Positions 49,840 to 62,700 of a DNA stretch of 64,000 nt are shown in pieces. Made by a program: the position numbers and the translations under genes. The notes under the pieces were generated by a model. The model worked only from the letters and a program-made list of their open reading frames with translations. It had not been told where the DNA came from and ran no database searches. Origin of the DNA: Eledone cirrhosa (taxonomy: Eukaryota); the NCBI GenBank assembly GCA_964016885.1, contig OZ024744.1, positions 101,618,001-101,682,000 on the forward strand, read 5' to 3'. Position 1 is the first letter of the stretch. Each line of letters opens with the position of its first letter.

Positions 49840-50789
49840 AGTCTAATTATTTACTGTCTATAGTTAGTCTAATACTTTCCAGTCTATAGTTAGTCTAATA
49901 CTTTACAGTTTATAGTTAGTCTAATACTTTACTGTCTATAGTTAGCCTAATACTTTACAGCCTATAGTTAGTCTAATACTTTACTGTCTTATGAGAAGCT
50001 AAATATTATGGTCTTATAAGAAGCTAAGTATTATGGTCTTATAACAAGCTAAATATGGCCTTATGAGATGCTAAATATGGTCTTATGAGAAGATAAATAT
50101 TGTGGTCTTATGAGAAGATAAATATGGTTTTTATGAGAAACTAAATATTATGGTCTTATGAAAACTTAAATACTTATGAGAAGTTACATATTATGGTCTT
50201 ATGAGAAGCTAAATATGGTCTTATGTAAATTAAGATAATATGGTCTTATGAGAAGCTAAATACAGTTTTCTTATGAGAAGCTAAATATGGTCTTATGAGA
50301 AGTTAAATCCAACCTTATGAGAAACTAAATATTATGGTCTCAGAAGCTAAATATTATGCCTGTATTAGAAGTTAAATATGGTCTTATGTGAAGCTAAATA
50401 TTGTGTCATTATGAATAGCTCAATCTGGTCTTATGAGAAGTTAAAAGTTATAGTCTTATGAGAAGTTGAAAATTGTGGTCTTATGAGAAGTTAAACATTA
50501 TTGTCTTATACGAAGCTAATTATATTCTCATGCAGAACTAAATATGGTTTTATTGGAAGCTAGATAATACGGTCTTATGAGAAGCTAAATATTATGCTCT
50601 TATTAGAAGTTGAATATTAGGGTCTTGTGAGCATCTAAACATTATGGTCTTAACAGTAGCTCAATAATATGGTCTTGTGAGAAGCTGAATATTATTGTCT
50701 TATAGGAAGCTAAATATTATGGTCTTATGAGAAACTAAATATGGTCTTATGAGAAGCTTAATATTATGGTCTTATGAGAAGATAATTAT
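49840..50789 (+). repeat. Long cassette 8 (950 bp), subtype gamma; last cassette in the window
   Basis: GATGCTAAATATGG and TTATACGAAG present. Followed by >13 kb of uninterrupted SatA. Confidence 0.95.
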
Positions 50790-53700
50790 GTTTATTGTTG
50801 GCTTTGTTTATTGTTGGTTTGTTTATTGTTGGCTTTATTTATTGTTGGTTTGTTTATTACTGGCTTTGTTTATTGTTGGTTTGTTTATTGTTGGCTTTGT
50901 TTATTGTTGGTTTATTTATTGTTGGCTTTGTTTATTGTTGGTTTGTTTATTGTTGGCTTTGTTTATTGTTGGTTTGTTTATTGTTGGTTTGTTTATTGTT
51001 GGCTTTGTTTATCGTTGGTTTATTTATTGTTGGCTTTGTATATTGTTGGTTTGTTTATTGTTGGTTTGTTTATTGTTGGTTTGTTTTTTATTAGCTTTGT
51101 TTATTGTTGGCTTTGTTTATTGTTGGTTTGTTTATTGTTGGCTTTGTTTATTGTTGGTTTGTTTATTGTTGGTTTTGTGTATTGTTGGTTTGTTTATTGT
51201 TGGTTTGTTTATTGTTGGTTTGTTTATTATTAGCTTTGTTTATTGTTGGCTTTGTTTATTGTTGGTATGTTTATTGTTGGATTGTTTATTGTTGGCTTTG
51301 CTTATTATTGGCTTTGTTTAATGTTGGTTTGTTTATTGTTGGCTTTGTTTATTGTTGGTTTGTTTATTGATGGTTTGTTTATTGTTGGTTTGTTTATTGT
51401 TGGCTTTGTTTATTTTTGGTTTGTTTATTACTGTCTTTGTTTATTGTTGGTTTGTTTATTGTTGGTTTGTTTATTGATGGTTTGTTTATGGCTGGCTTTG
51501 TTTAATGTTGGTTTGTTTATTTTTGGCTTTGTTTATTGTTGGATTTGTTTATTGTTGGTTTGTTTATTGTTGGCTTTGTCTATTGTTGGTTTGTTTATTG
51601 TTGGCTTTTTTTATTGCGGGTTTGTTTATTGTTGGCTTTGTTTATTTTTGGTTTGTTTATTTTTGACTTTGTTTATTTTTGGTTTGTTTATTATTGGCTT
51701 TGTTTATTGTTGGTTTGTTTACTGATGGCTTTGTTTATTTTTGGTTTGTTTATTGTTGGCTTTGTTTGTTGTTGGATTTGTTTCTTGTTGGTTTGTTTAT
51801 TGTTGGCTTTGTTTATTGTTGGCGTTGTTTATTGTTGGCTTTGTTTATTGTTGGTTTGTTTATTGTTGCTTTGTTTAATGTTGGGTTTATTTATTGTTAG
51901 TTTGTTTATTGTTGGCTATGTTTATTGTTGGTTTGTTTATTGTTGGCTTTGTTTATTATTGGCTTTGTTTATTGTTGGTTTGTTTATTGTTGGTTTGTTT
52001 AATGTTGGATTGTTTATTGTTGGCTTTGTTTATTGTTGGCTTTGTTTATTGCTGGCTTTGTTTAATGTAAGTTTGTTTATTGTTGACTTTGTTTATTTTT
52101 GGTTTGTTTATTGTTGGCTTTGTTTATTGTTGGTTTGTTTATTGTTGGCTTTGTTTATTGTTGGTTTGTTTATTGTTGGCTTTGTTTATTGTTGGTTTGT
52201 TTATTATTGGCTTTGTTTATTGTTGGTTTGTTTATTGTTGGCTTTGTTTATTGTTGGTTTGTTTATTGTTGGCTTTGTTTACCGCTGGTTTGTTTATTGT
52301 GGCTTTGTTTATTTTTGGTTTGTTTATTGTTGGCTTTGTTTATTGTTGGCTTTGTTTATTGTTGGTTTGTTTATTATTGGCATTGTTTATTGTTGTTTTG
52401 CTTATTGGTGGCTTTGTTTATTGTTGGTTTGTTTATTGTTGGCTTTGTTTATAGTTGTTTTTTTTATTATTGGATTTAATTATTGTTGGTTTGTCTATTA
52501 TTGGCTTTGTTTATTGTTGGTTTCTTTATTGATCGCTTTGTTTATTGTTGATTTGTTTATTGTTGGTTTGTTTATTGTTGGCTTTGTTTATTGTTGGTTT
52601 GTTTATTATTGGCTTTGCTTATTGTTGGTTTGTTTATTGTTGGCTTTGTTTATTTTTGGTTTGTTTATTGTTGGCTTTGTTTATTTTTGGTTTGTTTATT
52701 GTTGGTTTGTTTATTGTTGGCTTTGTTTCTTGTTGGTTTGTTTATTAATGGCTTTGTGTATTGTTGGTTTGTTTATTGATGGTTTTGTTTATTGTTGGTT
52801 TGTTTATTGTTGGTTTGTTTATTGTTGGTTTTGTTTATTTTTGATTTGTTTATTGTTGGCTTTGTTTATTGTTGGTTTGTTTATTGTTGGTTTGTTTAAT
52901 GTTGGGTTTGTTTATTGTTGGCTATGTTTATTGTTGTTTTGTTTATTGTTGGCTTTGTTTATTATTGGCTTTGTTTATTGTTGGTTTGTTTATTGTTGCT
53001 TTGTTTATTGTTGGTTTGTTTATTGTTGGTTTGTTTATTGTTGGTTTGTTTATTGTAGGCTTTGTTTAATGTTGGTTCGTTTATTGTTGGTTTGTTTATT
53101 GTTGGCTTTGTTTATTGTTGGTTTGTTTATTATTTGTTTTGTTTATTTTTGGTTTGTTTATTGTTGGCTTTGTTTATTTTTGGTTTGTTTATATACTGGC
53201 TTTGTTTATTGTTGGTTTGTTTATTGTTGGCTTTGTTTATAGTTGGTTTGTTTATTGTTGGTTTGTTTATTGTTAGCTTTGTTTATTGTTGGTTTATTTA
53301 TTGCTAGCTTTGTTTAATGTTAGTTTGTTTATTGTTGGCTTTGTTTAATGTTGGCTTTCTTTATTGTTGGTTTGTTTATTATTGGCTTTGTTTACTGTTG
53401 GTTTGTTTATTGTTGGCTTTGTTTATTGTTGGCTTTGTTTATTGTTGGTTTGTTTATTATTAGCTTTGTTTATTGTTGTTTTGCTTATTGGTGGCTTTGT
53501 TTATTGTTGATTTGTTTATTGTTGGCTTTGTTTATTGTTGGTTTGTTTATTATTGGCTTTAATTATTGTTGGTTTGTCCATTGTTGGCTTTGTTTATTGT
53601 TGGTTTGTTTATTGTTGGCTTTGTTTATGGTTGGTTTCTTTATTGATGGCTTTGTTTATTGTTGATTTGTTTACTGTTGGTTTGTTTATTGTTGGCTTTG

Positions 53701-56700
53701 TTTATTGTTCGTTTGTTTATTGTTCGTTTGTTTATTGATGGTTTGTTTATTGTTGGTTTGTTTATTGTTGGCTTTGTTTATTGTTGGTTTGTTTATTGTT
53801 GGTTTGTTTATTGTTGGTTTGTTTATTATTAGCTTTGTTTATTGTTGGTTTGTTTATTGTTGGTTTGTTTATTGTTGGTTTGTTTATTGTTGGATTGTTT
53901 ATTGTTGGCTTTGTTTCTTGTTGGTTGTTTATTGCTGGCTTTGTTTATTGTTGGTTTGTTTATTGTTGGTTTGTTTATTGTTGGCTTTGTTTATTGTTGG
54001 TTTGTTTATTGTTAGCTTTGTTAATTGTTGGTTTGTTTATTGTTGGCTTTGTTTATTGTTGGTTTGTTTATTATTGGCTTTGTTTATTGTTGGTTTCTTT
54101 ATTGTTGGCTTTGTTTATTGTTGGTTTGTTTATTGTTGGCTTTGTTTATTGTTGGTTTCTTTATTGTTAGCTTTTTTTATTGTTGGTTTGTTTATTGTTG
54201 GCTTTGTTTATTGTTGGTTTGTTCATTATTGGCTTTGTTTATTGTTGGTTTCTTTATTGTTGGCTTTGTTTATTGTTGGTTTGTTTATTGTTGGCTTTGT
54301 TTATTGTTGGTTTGTTTATTGGTGGATTTGTTTATTGTTGGTTTGTTTATTGTTGGCTTTATTTATTGTTGGCTTTGTTTATTGTTGGTTTGTTTATTGT
54401 TGGCTTTGTTTATTGTTGGTTTACTTATTGGTGGCTTTGTTTATTGTTGGTTTGTTTATTGTTGGCTTTGTTAATTGTTGGTTTATTTATTATTGGGTTT
54501 AATTATTGTTGGTTTGTCTATTGTTGGCTTTGTTTATTGTTGGTTTGTTTATTGCTGGCTTTGTGTATTATTGGCTTTGTTTATTGTTGGTTTGTTTATT
54601 GTTGCTTTGTTTATTGTTGGTTTGTTTATTGTAGGCTTTGTTTAATGTTGGTTCGTTTATTGTTGGTTTCTTTATTGTTGGTTTGTTTTTTGTTAGTTTG
54701 TTTTTTGTTAGTTTGTTTATTGTTGTCTTTGTTTATTTTTGGTTTGTTTATTGTTGGCTTTGTATATTTTTGGTTTTTTTATTGTTGGCTTTGTATATTT
54801 TTGGTTTGTTTATATACTGGCTTTGTTTATTGTTGGTTTGTTTATTGTTGGCTTTGTTTATAGTTGGTTTGTTTATTGTTGGTTTGTTTATTGTTGGCTT
54901 TGTCTATTGTTGGTTTGTTTATTGCTGGCTTTGTTTAATTTTAGTTTGTTTATTGTTGGCTTTGTTTATTTTTTGTTTGTTTATTGTTGGCTTTGTTTAT
55001 TGTTGGTTTGTTTATTGTTGGTTTGTTTATTGTTGGCTTTGTTTATTGTTGGTTTGTTTATTGTTCGCTTTCTTTATTGTTGGTTTGTTTATTATTGGCT
55101 TTGTTTATTGTTGGTTTGTTTATTGTTGGCTTTGTTTATTGTTGGTTTGTTCATTGTTGGCTTTGTTTATTGCTGGTTTGTTTATTGGTGGCTTTGTTTA
55201 TTGTTGGTTTGTTTATTGTTGGTTTGTTTATTATTGGCTTTGTTTATTGTTGTTTTGCTTATTTGTGGCTTTGTTTATTGTTGGTTTGTTTATTGTTAGC
55301 TTTGTTTATTGTTGGTTTGTTTATTATTGGCTTTAATTATTTTTGGTTTGTCTATTGTTGGCTTTGTTTATTGTTGGTTTGTTTATTGTTGGCTTTGTTT
55401 ATTGTGGGTTTGTTTATTGTTGGCTTTTTTTATTGTTGGTTTGTTATTGTTGGCTTTGTTTATTGTTCGTTTGTTTATTGTTGGTTTGTTTATTTTTGGC
55501 TTTGTTTATTGTTGGTTTGTTTATTGTTGGCTTTGTTTATTGTTGGTTTGTTTATTATTTGCTTTGTTTATTGTTGGTTTGTTTATTGTTGGCTTTGTTT
55601 ATTTTTGGTTTGTTTATTACTGGCTTTGTTTATTGTTGGTTTGTTTATTGTCGGCTTTGTTTATTGTTGGTTTGTTTATTGTTGGCTTTGTTTATTGTTG
55701 GGTTTTTTATTGCAGGCTTTGTTTAATGTTGGTTTGTTTTATTGTTGGCTTTGTTTATTTTTGGTTCCTTTATTGTTGGCTTTGTTTATTGTTGGTTTGT
55801 TTATTGTTCGATTTTTTATTGTTGGTTTGTTTATTGTTGGCTTTGTTTATTGTTGGTTTGTTTATTATTGGCTTTGTTTATTGTTGGTTTGTTTATTGTT
55901 GGCTTTGTTTATTGATGGTTTGTTTATTGTTGGCTTTGTTTATTGTTGGTTTGTTTATTGGTGGCTTTGTTTATTGTTGGTTTGTTTATTGTTGGCTTTG
56001 TTTATTGTTGGCTTTGTTTATTGTTGGTTTGTTTATTATTGGCTTTAATTATTGTTGGTTTGTCTATTGTTGGCTTTGTTTATTGTTGGTTTGTTTATTG
56101 TTGGTTTTGTTTATTGTTGCTTTCTTTATTGTTGGTTTGTTTATTGTTGGCTTTGTTTATTGCTCGTTTGTTTATTGTTGGTTTGTTTATTGTTGGCTTT
56201 GTTTATTGTTGGTTTGTTTATTATTTGCTTTGTTTATTGTTGGTTTGTTTATTGTTGGCTTTGTTTATTTTTGGTTTGTTTATTACTGGCTTTGTTTATT
56301 GTTGGTTTGTTTATTGTTGGCTTTGTTTATTGTTGGTTTGTTTATTGTTGGCTTTGTTTATTGTTGGGTTTTTTATTGCAGGCTTTGTTTAATGTTGGTT
56401 TGTTTTATTGTTGGCTTTGTTTATTTTAGGTTCCTTTATTGTTGGCTTTGTTTATTGTTGGTTTGTTTATTGTTGGCTTTGTTTATTGTTGGTTTGTTTA
56501 TTGTTGGCTTTTTTTATTGTTGGTTTGTTTATTGTTGGCTTTGTTTATTGTTGGTTTGTTTATTGGTGGTTTGTTTATTGTTGGTTTGCTTATTGGTGGC
56601 TTTGTTAATTGTTCGTTTATTTATTATTGGCTTTAATTATTGTTGGTTTGTTTATTGTTGGTTTGTTTATTGTTGCTTTGTTTATTGTTGCTTTGTTTAT

Positions 56701-59700
56701 TGTTGGTTTGTTTATTGTTGGTTTGTTTATTGTTGGTTTGTTTATTGTTGGTTTGTTTATTGTAGGCTTTGTTTAATGTTGGTTCGTTTATTGTTGGTTT
56801 CTTTATTGTTCGTTTGTTTTTTGTTAGTTTGTTTATTGTTGTCTTTGTTTATTTTTGGTTTGTTTATTGTCGGCTTTGTTTATTGTTGGTTTGTTTATTG
56901 TTGGCTTTCTTTATTGTTGGTTTGTTTATTATTGGCTTGGTTTATTGTTGGTTTATTTATTGTTGGTTTGTTTATTGTTGGCTTTGTTTATTGTTGGTTT
57001 GTTTATTGTTGGCTTTGTTTATTGTTGGTTTGTTTATTATTGGCTTTGTTTATTTTTGGTTTGTTTATTGTTGGCTTTGTATATTTTTGGTTTGTTTATA
57101 TACTGGCTTTGTTTATTGTTGGTTTGTTTATTGTTGGCTTTGTTTATAGTTGGTTTGTTTATTGTTGGTTTGTTTATTGTTGGCTTTGTTTAGTGTTGGT
57201 TTGTTTATTGCTGGCTTTGTTTAATGTTAATTTGTTTATTGTTGGCTTTGTTTATTTTTTGTTTTTATATTGTTGGCTTTGTTTATTGTTGGTTTGTTTA
57301 TTGTTGGCTTTGTTTATTGTTGGTTTGTTTATTATTCGCTTTCTTTATTGTTGGTTTGTTTATTATTGGCTTTGTTTATTGTTGGTTTGTTTATTGTTGG
57401 CTTTGTTTATTGTTGGTTTGTTTATTGTTGGCTTCGTTTATTGCTGGTTTGTTTATTGGTGGCTTTGTTTATTGTTGGTTTGTTTATTGTTGGCTTTGTT
57501 TATTGTTGGCTTTGTTTATTGTTGGTTTGTTTATTATTGGCTTTGTTTATTGTTGTTTTGCTTATTTGTGGCTTTGTTTAATGTTGGTTTGTTTATTGTT
57601 GGCTTTGTTTATTGTTGGTTTGTTTATTATTGGCTTTAATTATTGTTGGTTTGTCTATTGTTGGCTTTGTTTATTGTTGCTTTCTTTATTGTTGGTTTGT
57701 TTATTGTTGGCTTTGTTTATTGCTCGTTTGTTTATTGTTGGTTTGTTTATTGTTGGCTTTGTTTATTGTTGATTTGCTTATTACTGGCTTTGTTTATTGT
57801 TGGTTTGTTTATTGTTGGCTTTGTTTATTGTTGGTTTGTTTATTGTTGGCTTTGTTTATTGTTGGGTTTTTTATTGCAGGCTTTGTTTAATGTTGGTTTG
57901 TTTATTATTTGCTTTGTTTATTGTTGGTTTGTTTATTGTTGGCTTTGTTTATTTTTGGTTTGCTTATTACTGGATTTGTTTATTGTTGGTTTGTTTATTG
58001 TTGGCTTTGTTTATTGTTGGTTTGTTTATTGTTGGCTTTGTTTATTGTTGGTTTTTTTTATTGCAGGCTTTGTTTAATGTTGGTTTGTTTTATTGTTGGC
58101 TTTGTTTATTTTTGGTTCCTTTATTGTTGGCTTTGTTTATTGTTGGTTTGTTTATTGTTGGCTTTGTTTATTGTTGGTTTGTTTATTGTTGGCTTTTTTA
58201 TTTTTGGTTTGTTTATTGTTGGCTTTGTTTATTGTTGGTTTGTTTATTATTGGCTTTAATTATTGTTGGTTTGTTTATTGTTGGTTTGTTTATTGTTGGT
58301 TTGTTTATTGTTGGTTTGTTTATTGTTGCTTTGTTTATTGTTGGCTTTGTTTATTGTTGGTTTGTTCATTGTTGGTTTGTTTATTGCTGGTTTGTTTATT
58401 GTAGGCTTTGTATAATGTTCGTTCGTTTATTGTTGGCTTTGTTTATTTTTGGTTTGTTTATTGTTGGCTTTGTATATTTTTGGTTTGTTTATTGTCGGCT
58501 TTGTTTATTGTTGGTTTGTTTATTGTTGGCGTTCTTTATTGTTGGTTTGTTTATTATTGGCTTTGTTTATTTTTGGTTTGTTTATTGTTGGCTTTGTTTA
58601 TTGTTGGTTTGTTTATTGTTGCTTTGTTTGTTGTTGGCTTTGTTTATTGTTGGTTTGTTCATTGTTGGTTTATTTATTGCTGGTTTGTTTATTGTAGGCT
58701 TTGTTTAATGTTCGTTCGTTTATTGTTGGCTTTGTTTATTATTGGCTTGGTTTATTGTTGGTTTATTTATTGTTGGTTTGTTTATTGTTGGCTTTGTTTA
58801 TTGTTGGTTTGTTTATTGTTGGCTTTGTTTATTGTTGGTTTGTTTATTATTGGCTTTGTTTATTTTTGGTTTGTTTATTGTTGGCTTTGTATATTTTTGG
58901 TTTGTTTATATACTGGCTTTGTTTCGTGTTTGTTTGTTTATTGTTGGCTTTGTTAATAGTTGGTTTGTTTATTGTTGGTTTGTTTATTGTTGGCTTTGTT
59001 TATTGTTGGTTTGTTTATTGCTGGCTTTGTTTAATGTTAGTTTGTTTATTGTTGGCTTTGTTTATTTTTTGCTTGTATATTGTTGGCTTTGTTTATTGTT
59101 GGTTTGTTTATTGTTGGTTTGTTTATTGTTGGCTCTGTTTATTGTTGGTTTGTTTATTATTGGCTTTGTTTATTGTTGGTTTGTTTATTGGTGGCTTTGT
59201 TTATTGTTGGTTTGTTTATTGTTGGCTTTGTTTATTGTTGGCTTTGTTTATTGTTGGTTTGTTTATTATTGGCTTTGTTTATTGTTGTTTTGCTTATTTG
59301 TGGCTTTGTTTAATGTTGGTTTGTTTATTGTTGGCTTTGTTTATTGTTGGTTTGTTTATTATTGGCTTTAATTATTGTTGGTTTGTCTATTGTTGGCTTT
59401 GTTTATTGTTGGTTTGTTTGTTGTTGGCTTTGTTTATTGTTGCTTTCTTTATTGTTGGTTTGTTTATTGTTGGCTTTGTTTATTGCTCGTTTGTTTATTG
59501 TTGGTTTGTTTATTGTTTATTGTTGGTTTGTTTATTGTTGGCTTTGTTTATTGTTGGTTTGTTTATTATTTGCTTTGTTTATTATTGGTTTTATTTATTG
59601 TTGGCTTTGTTTATTTTTGGTTTGTTTATTACTGGCTTTGTTCATTGTTGGTTTGTTTATTGTTGGCTTTGTTTATTGTTGGTTTGTTTATTGTTGGCTT

Positions 59701-62700
59701 TGTTTATTGTTGGTTTTTTTATTGCAGGCTTTGTTTAATGTTGGTTTGTTTTATTGTTGGCATTGTTTATTTTTGGTTCCTTTATTGTTGGCTTTGTTTA
59801 TTGTTGGTTTGTTTATTGTTGGCTTTGTTTATTGTTGGATTGTTTATTGTTGCCTTTTTTTATTGTTGGTTTGTTTATTGTTGGCTTTGTTTCTTGTTGG
59901 TTTGTTTATTATTGGCTTTGTTTATTGTTGGTTTCTTTATTGTTGGTTTGTTTTTTGTTAGTTTGTTTATTGTTGTCTTTGTTTATTTTTGGTTTGTTTA
60001 TTGTCGGCTTTGTTTATTGTTGGTTTGTTTATTGTTGGCTTTCTTTATTGTTGGTTTGTTTATTATTGGCTTGGTTTATTGTTGGTTTATTTATTGTTGG
60101 TTTGTTTATTATTGGCTTTGTTTATTGTTGGTTTGTTTATTGTTGGTTTTGTTTATTGTTGGTTTGATTATTATTGGCTTTGTTTATTTTTGGTTTGTTT
60201 ATTGTTGGCTTTGTATATTTTTGGTTTGTTTATATACTGGCTTTGTTTATTGTTGGTTTGTTTATTGTTGGCTTTGTTAATAGTTGGTTTGTTTATTGTT
60301 GGTTTGTATATTGTTGGCTTTGTTTATTGTTGGTTTGTTTATTGCTGGCTTTGTTTAATGTTAGTTTGTTTATTGTTGGTTTGTTTATTGTTGGCTTCGT
60401 TTATTGCTGGTTTGTTTATTGGTGGCTTTGTTTATTGTTGGTTTGTTTATTGTTGGCTTTCTTTATTGTTGGCTTTGTTTATTGTTGGTTTGTTTATTGT
60501 TGACTTTGTTTATTGTTGGTTTGTTTATTATTGGCTTTAATTATTGTTGGTTTGTCTATTGTTGGCTTTGTTTATTGTTGGTTTGTTTATTGTTGGCTTT
60601 GTTTATTGTTGCTTTCTTTATTGTTGGTTTGTTTATTGTTGGCTTTGTTTATTGCTCGTTTGTTTAGTGTTGGTTTGTTTATTGTTGGCTTTGTTTATTG
60701 TTGGTTTGTTTATTGTTGGCTTTGTTTATTGTTGGTTTGTTTATTATTTGCTTTGTTTATTGTTGGTTTGTTTATTGTTGGCTTTGTTTATTTTTGGTTT
60801 GTTTATTACTGGCTTTGTTAATTGTTGGTTTGTTTATTGTTGGTTTTGTTTATTGTTGATTTGTTTATTGTTGGCTTTGTTTATTGTTGGGTTTTTTATT
60901 GCAGGCTTTGTTTAATGTTGGTTTGTTTTATTGTTGGCTTTGTTTATTTTTGGTTCCTTTGTTGTTGGCTTTGTTTATTGTTGGTTTGTTATTGTTGGCT
61001 TTGTTTATTGATGGTTTGTTTATTGTTGGCTTTTTTTATTGTTGGTTTGTTTATTGTTGGCTTTGTTAATTGTTGGTTTGTTTATTATTGGCTTTGTTTT
61101 TTGTTGGTTTCTTTATTGTTGGCTTTGTTTATTGTTGGTTTGTTTATTGTTGGCTTTGTTTATTGTTGGTCTGTTTATTGGTGGATTTGTTTATTGTTGG
61201 TTTGTTTATTGTTGGCTTTGTATATTGTTGGCTTTGTTTATTGTTGGCTTTGTTTATTGTTGGCTTTGTTTATTGTTGGTTTGCTTATTGGTGGCTTTGT
61301 TTATTGTTGGTTTGTTTATTGTTGGCTTTGTTAATTGTTGGTTTATTTATTATTGGCTTTAATTATTGTTGGTTTGTCTATTGTTGGCTTTGTTTATTGT
61401 TGGTTTGTTTATTGTAGGCTTTGTGTATTATTGGCTTTGTTTATTGTTGGTTTGTTTATTGTTGCTTTGTTTATTGTTGGTTTGTTTATTGTTGGTTTGT
61501 TTATTGTTGGTTTGTTATTGTTGTTTTTTTATTGTAGGCTTTGTTTAATGTTGGTTCGTTTATTGTTGGTTTCTTTATTTTTGGTTTGTTTTTTATTAGT
61601 TTGTTTATTGTTGGTTTGTTTATTGTTGGCTTTGTTTATTGTTGGTTTGTTTATTGTTGGCTTTGTTTCTGGTTTGTTTGTTTATTATTGGCTTTGTTTA
61701 TTTTTGTTTTGTTTATTGTTGGCTTTGTATATTTTCGGTTTGTTTATATACTGGCTTTGTTTATTGTTGGTTTGTTTATTATTGGCTTTGTTTATTGTTG
61801 GTTTGTTTATTGTTGCTTTGTTTATTGTTGGTTTGTTTATTGCTGGCTTTGTTTAATGTTAGTTTGTTTATTGTTGGCTTTGTTTATTTTTTGTTTGTTT
61901 ATTGTTGGCTTTATTTATTGTTGGTTTGTTTATTGTTGGTTTGTTTATTGTTGGCTTTGTTTATTGTTGGTTTGTTTATTGTTCGCTTTCTTTATTGTTG
62001 GTTTGTTTATTATTGGCTTTGTTTATTGTTGGTTTGTTTATTATTGGCTTTGTTTATTGTTGGTTTGTTTATTGTTGGCTTTGTTTATTGCTGGTTTGTT
62101 TGTTGGTGGCTTTGTTTATTGTTGGTTTGTTTATTGTTGGCTTTGTTTATTGTTGGCTTTGTTTATTGTTGGTTTGTTTATTATTGGCTTTTTTTATTGT
62201 TGTTTTGGTTATTTGTGGCTTTGTTTATTGTTGGTTTGTTTATTGTTGCCTTTGTTTATTGTTGGTTTGTTTATTGTTGGCTTTGTTTATTATGGGTTTG
62301 TTTATTGTTGGCCTTTTTTATTGTTGGTTTGTTTATTGTTGGCTTTGTTTATTGTTCGTTTGCTTATTGTTGATTTATTTATTGTTGGCTTTGTTTATTG
62401 TTGGTTTGTTTATTGTTGGTTTTGTTTATTGTTGGTTTGTTTATTATTTGCTTTGTTTATTGTTGGTTTGTTTATTGTTGGCTTTGTTTATTTTTGGTTT
62501 GTTTATTACTGGCTTTGTTTATTGTTGGTTTGTTTATTGTTGGCTTTGTTTATTGTTGGTTTGTTTATTGTTTGCTTTGTTTATTGTTGGGTTTTTTATT
62601 GCAGGCTTTGTTTAATGTTGGTTTGTTTTATTGTTGGCTTTGTTTATTTTTGGTTCCTTTATTGTTGGCTTTGTTTATTGTTGGTTTGTTTATTGTTGCC

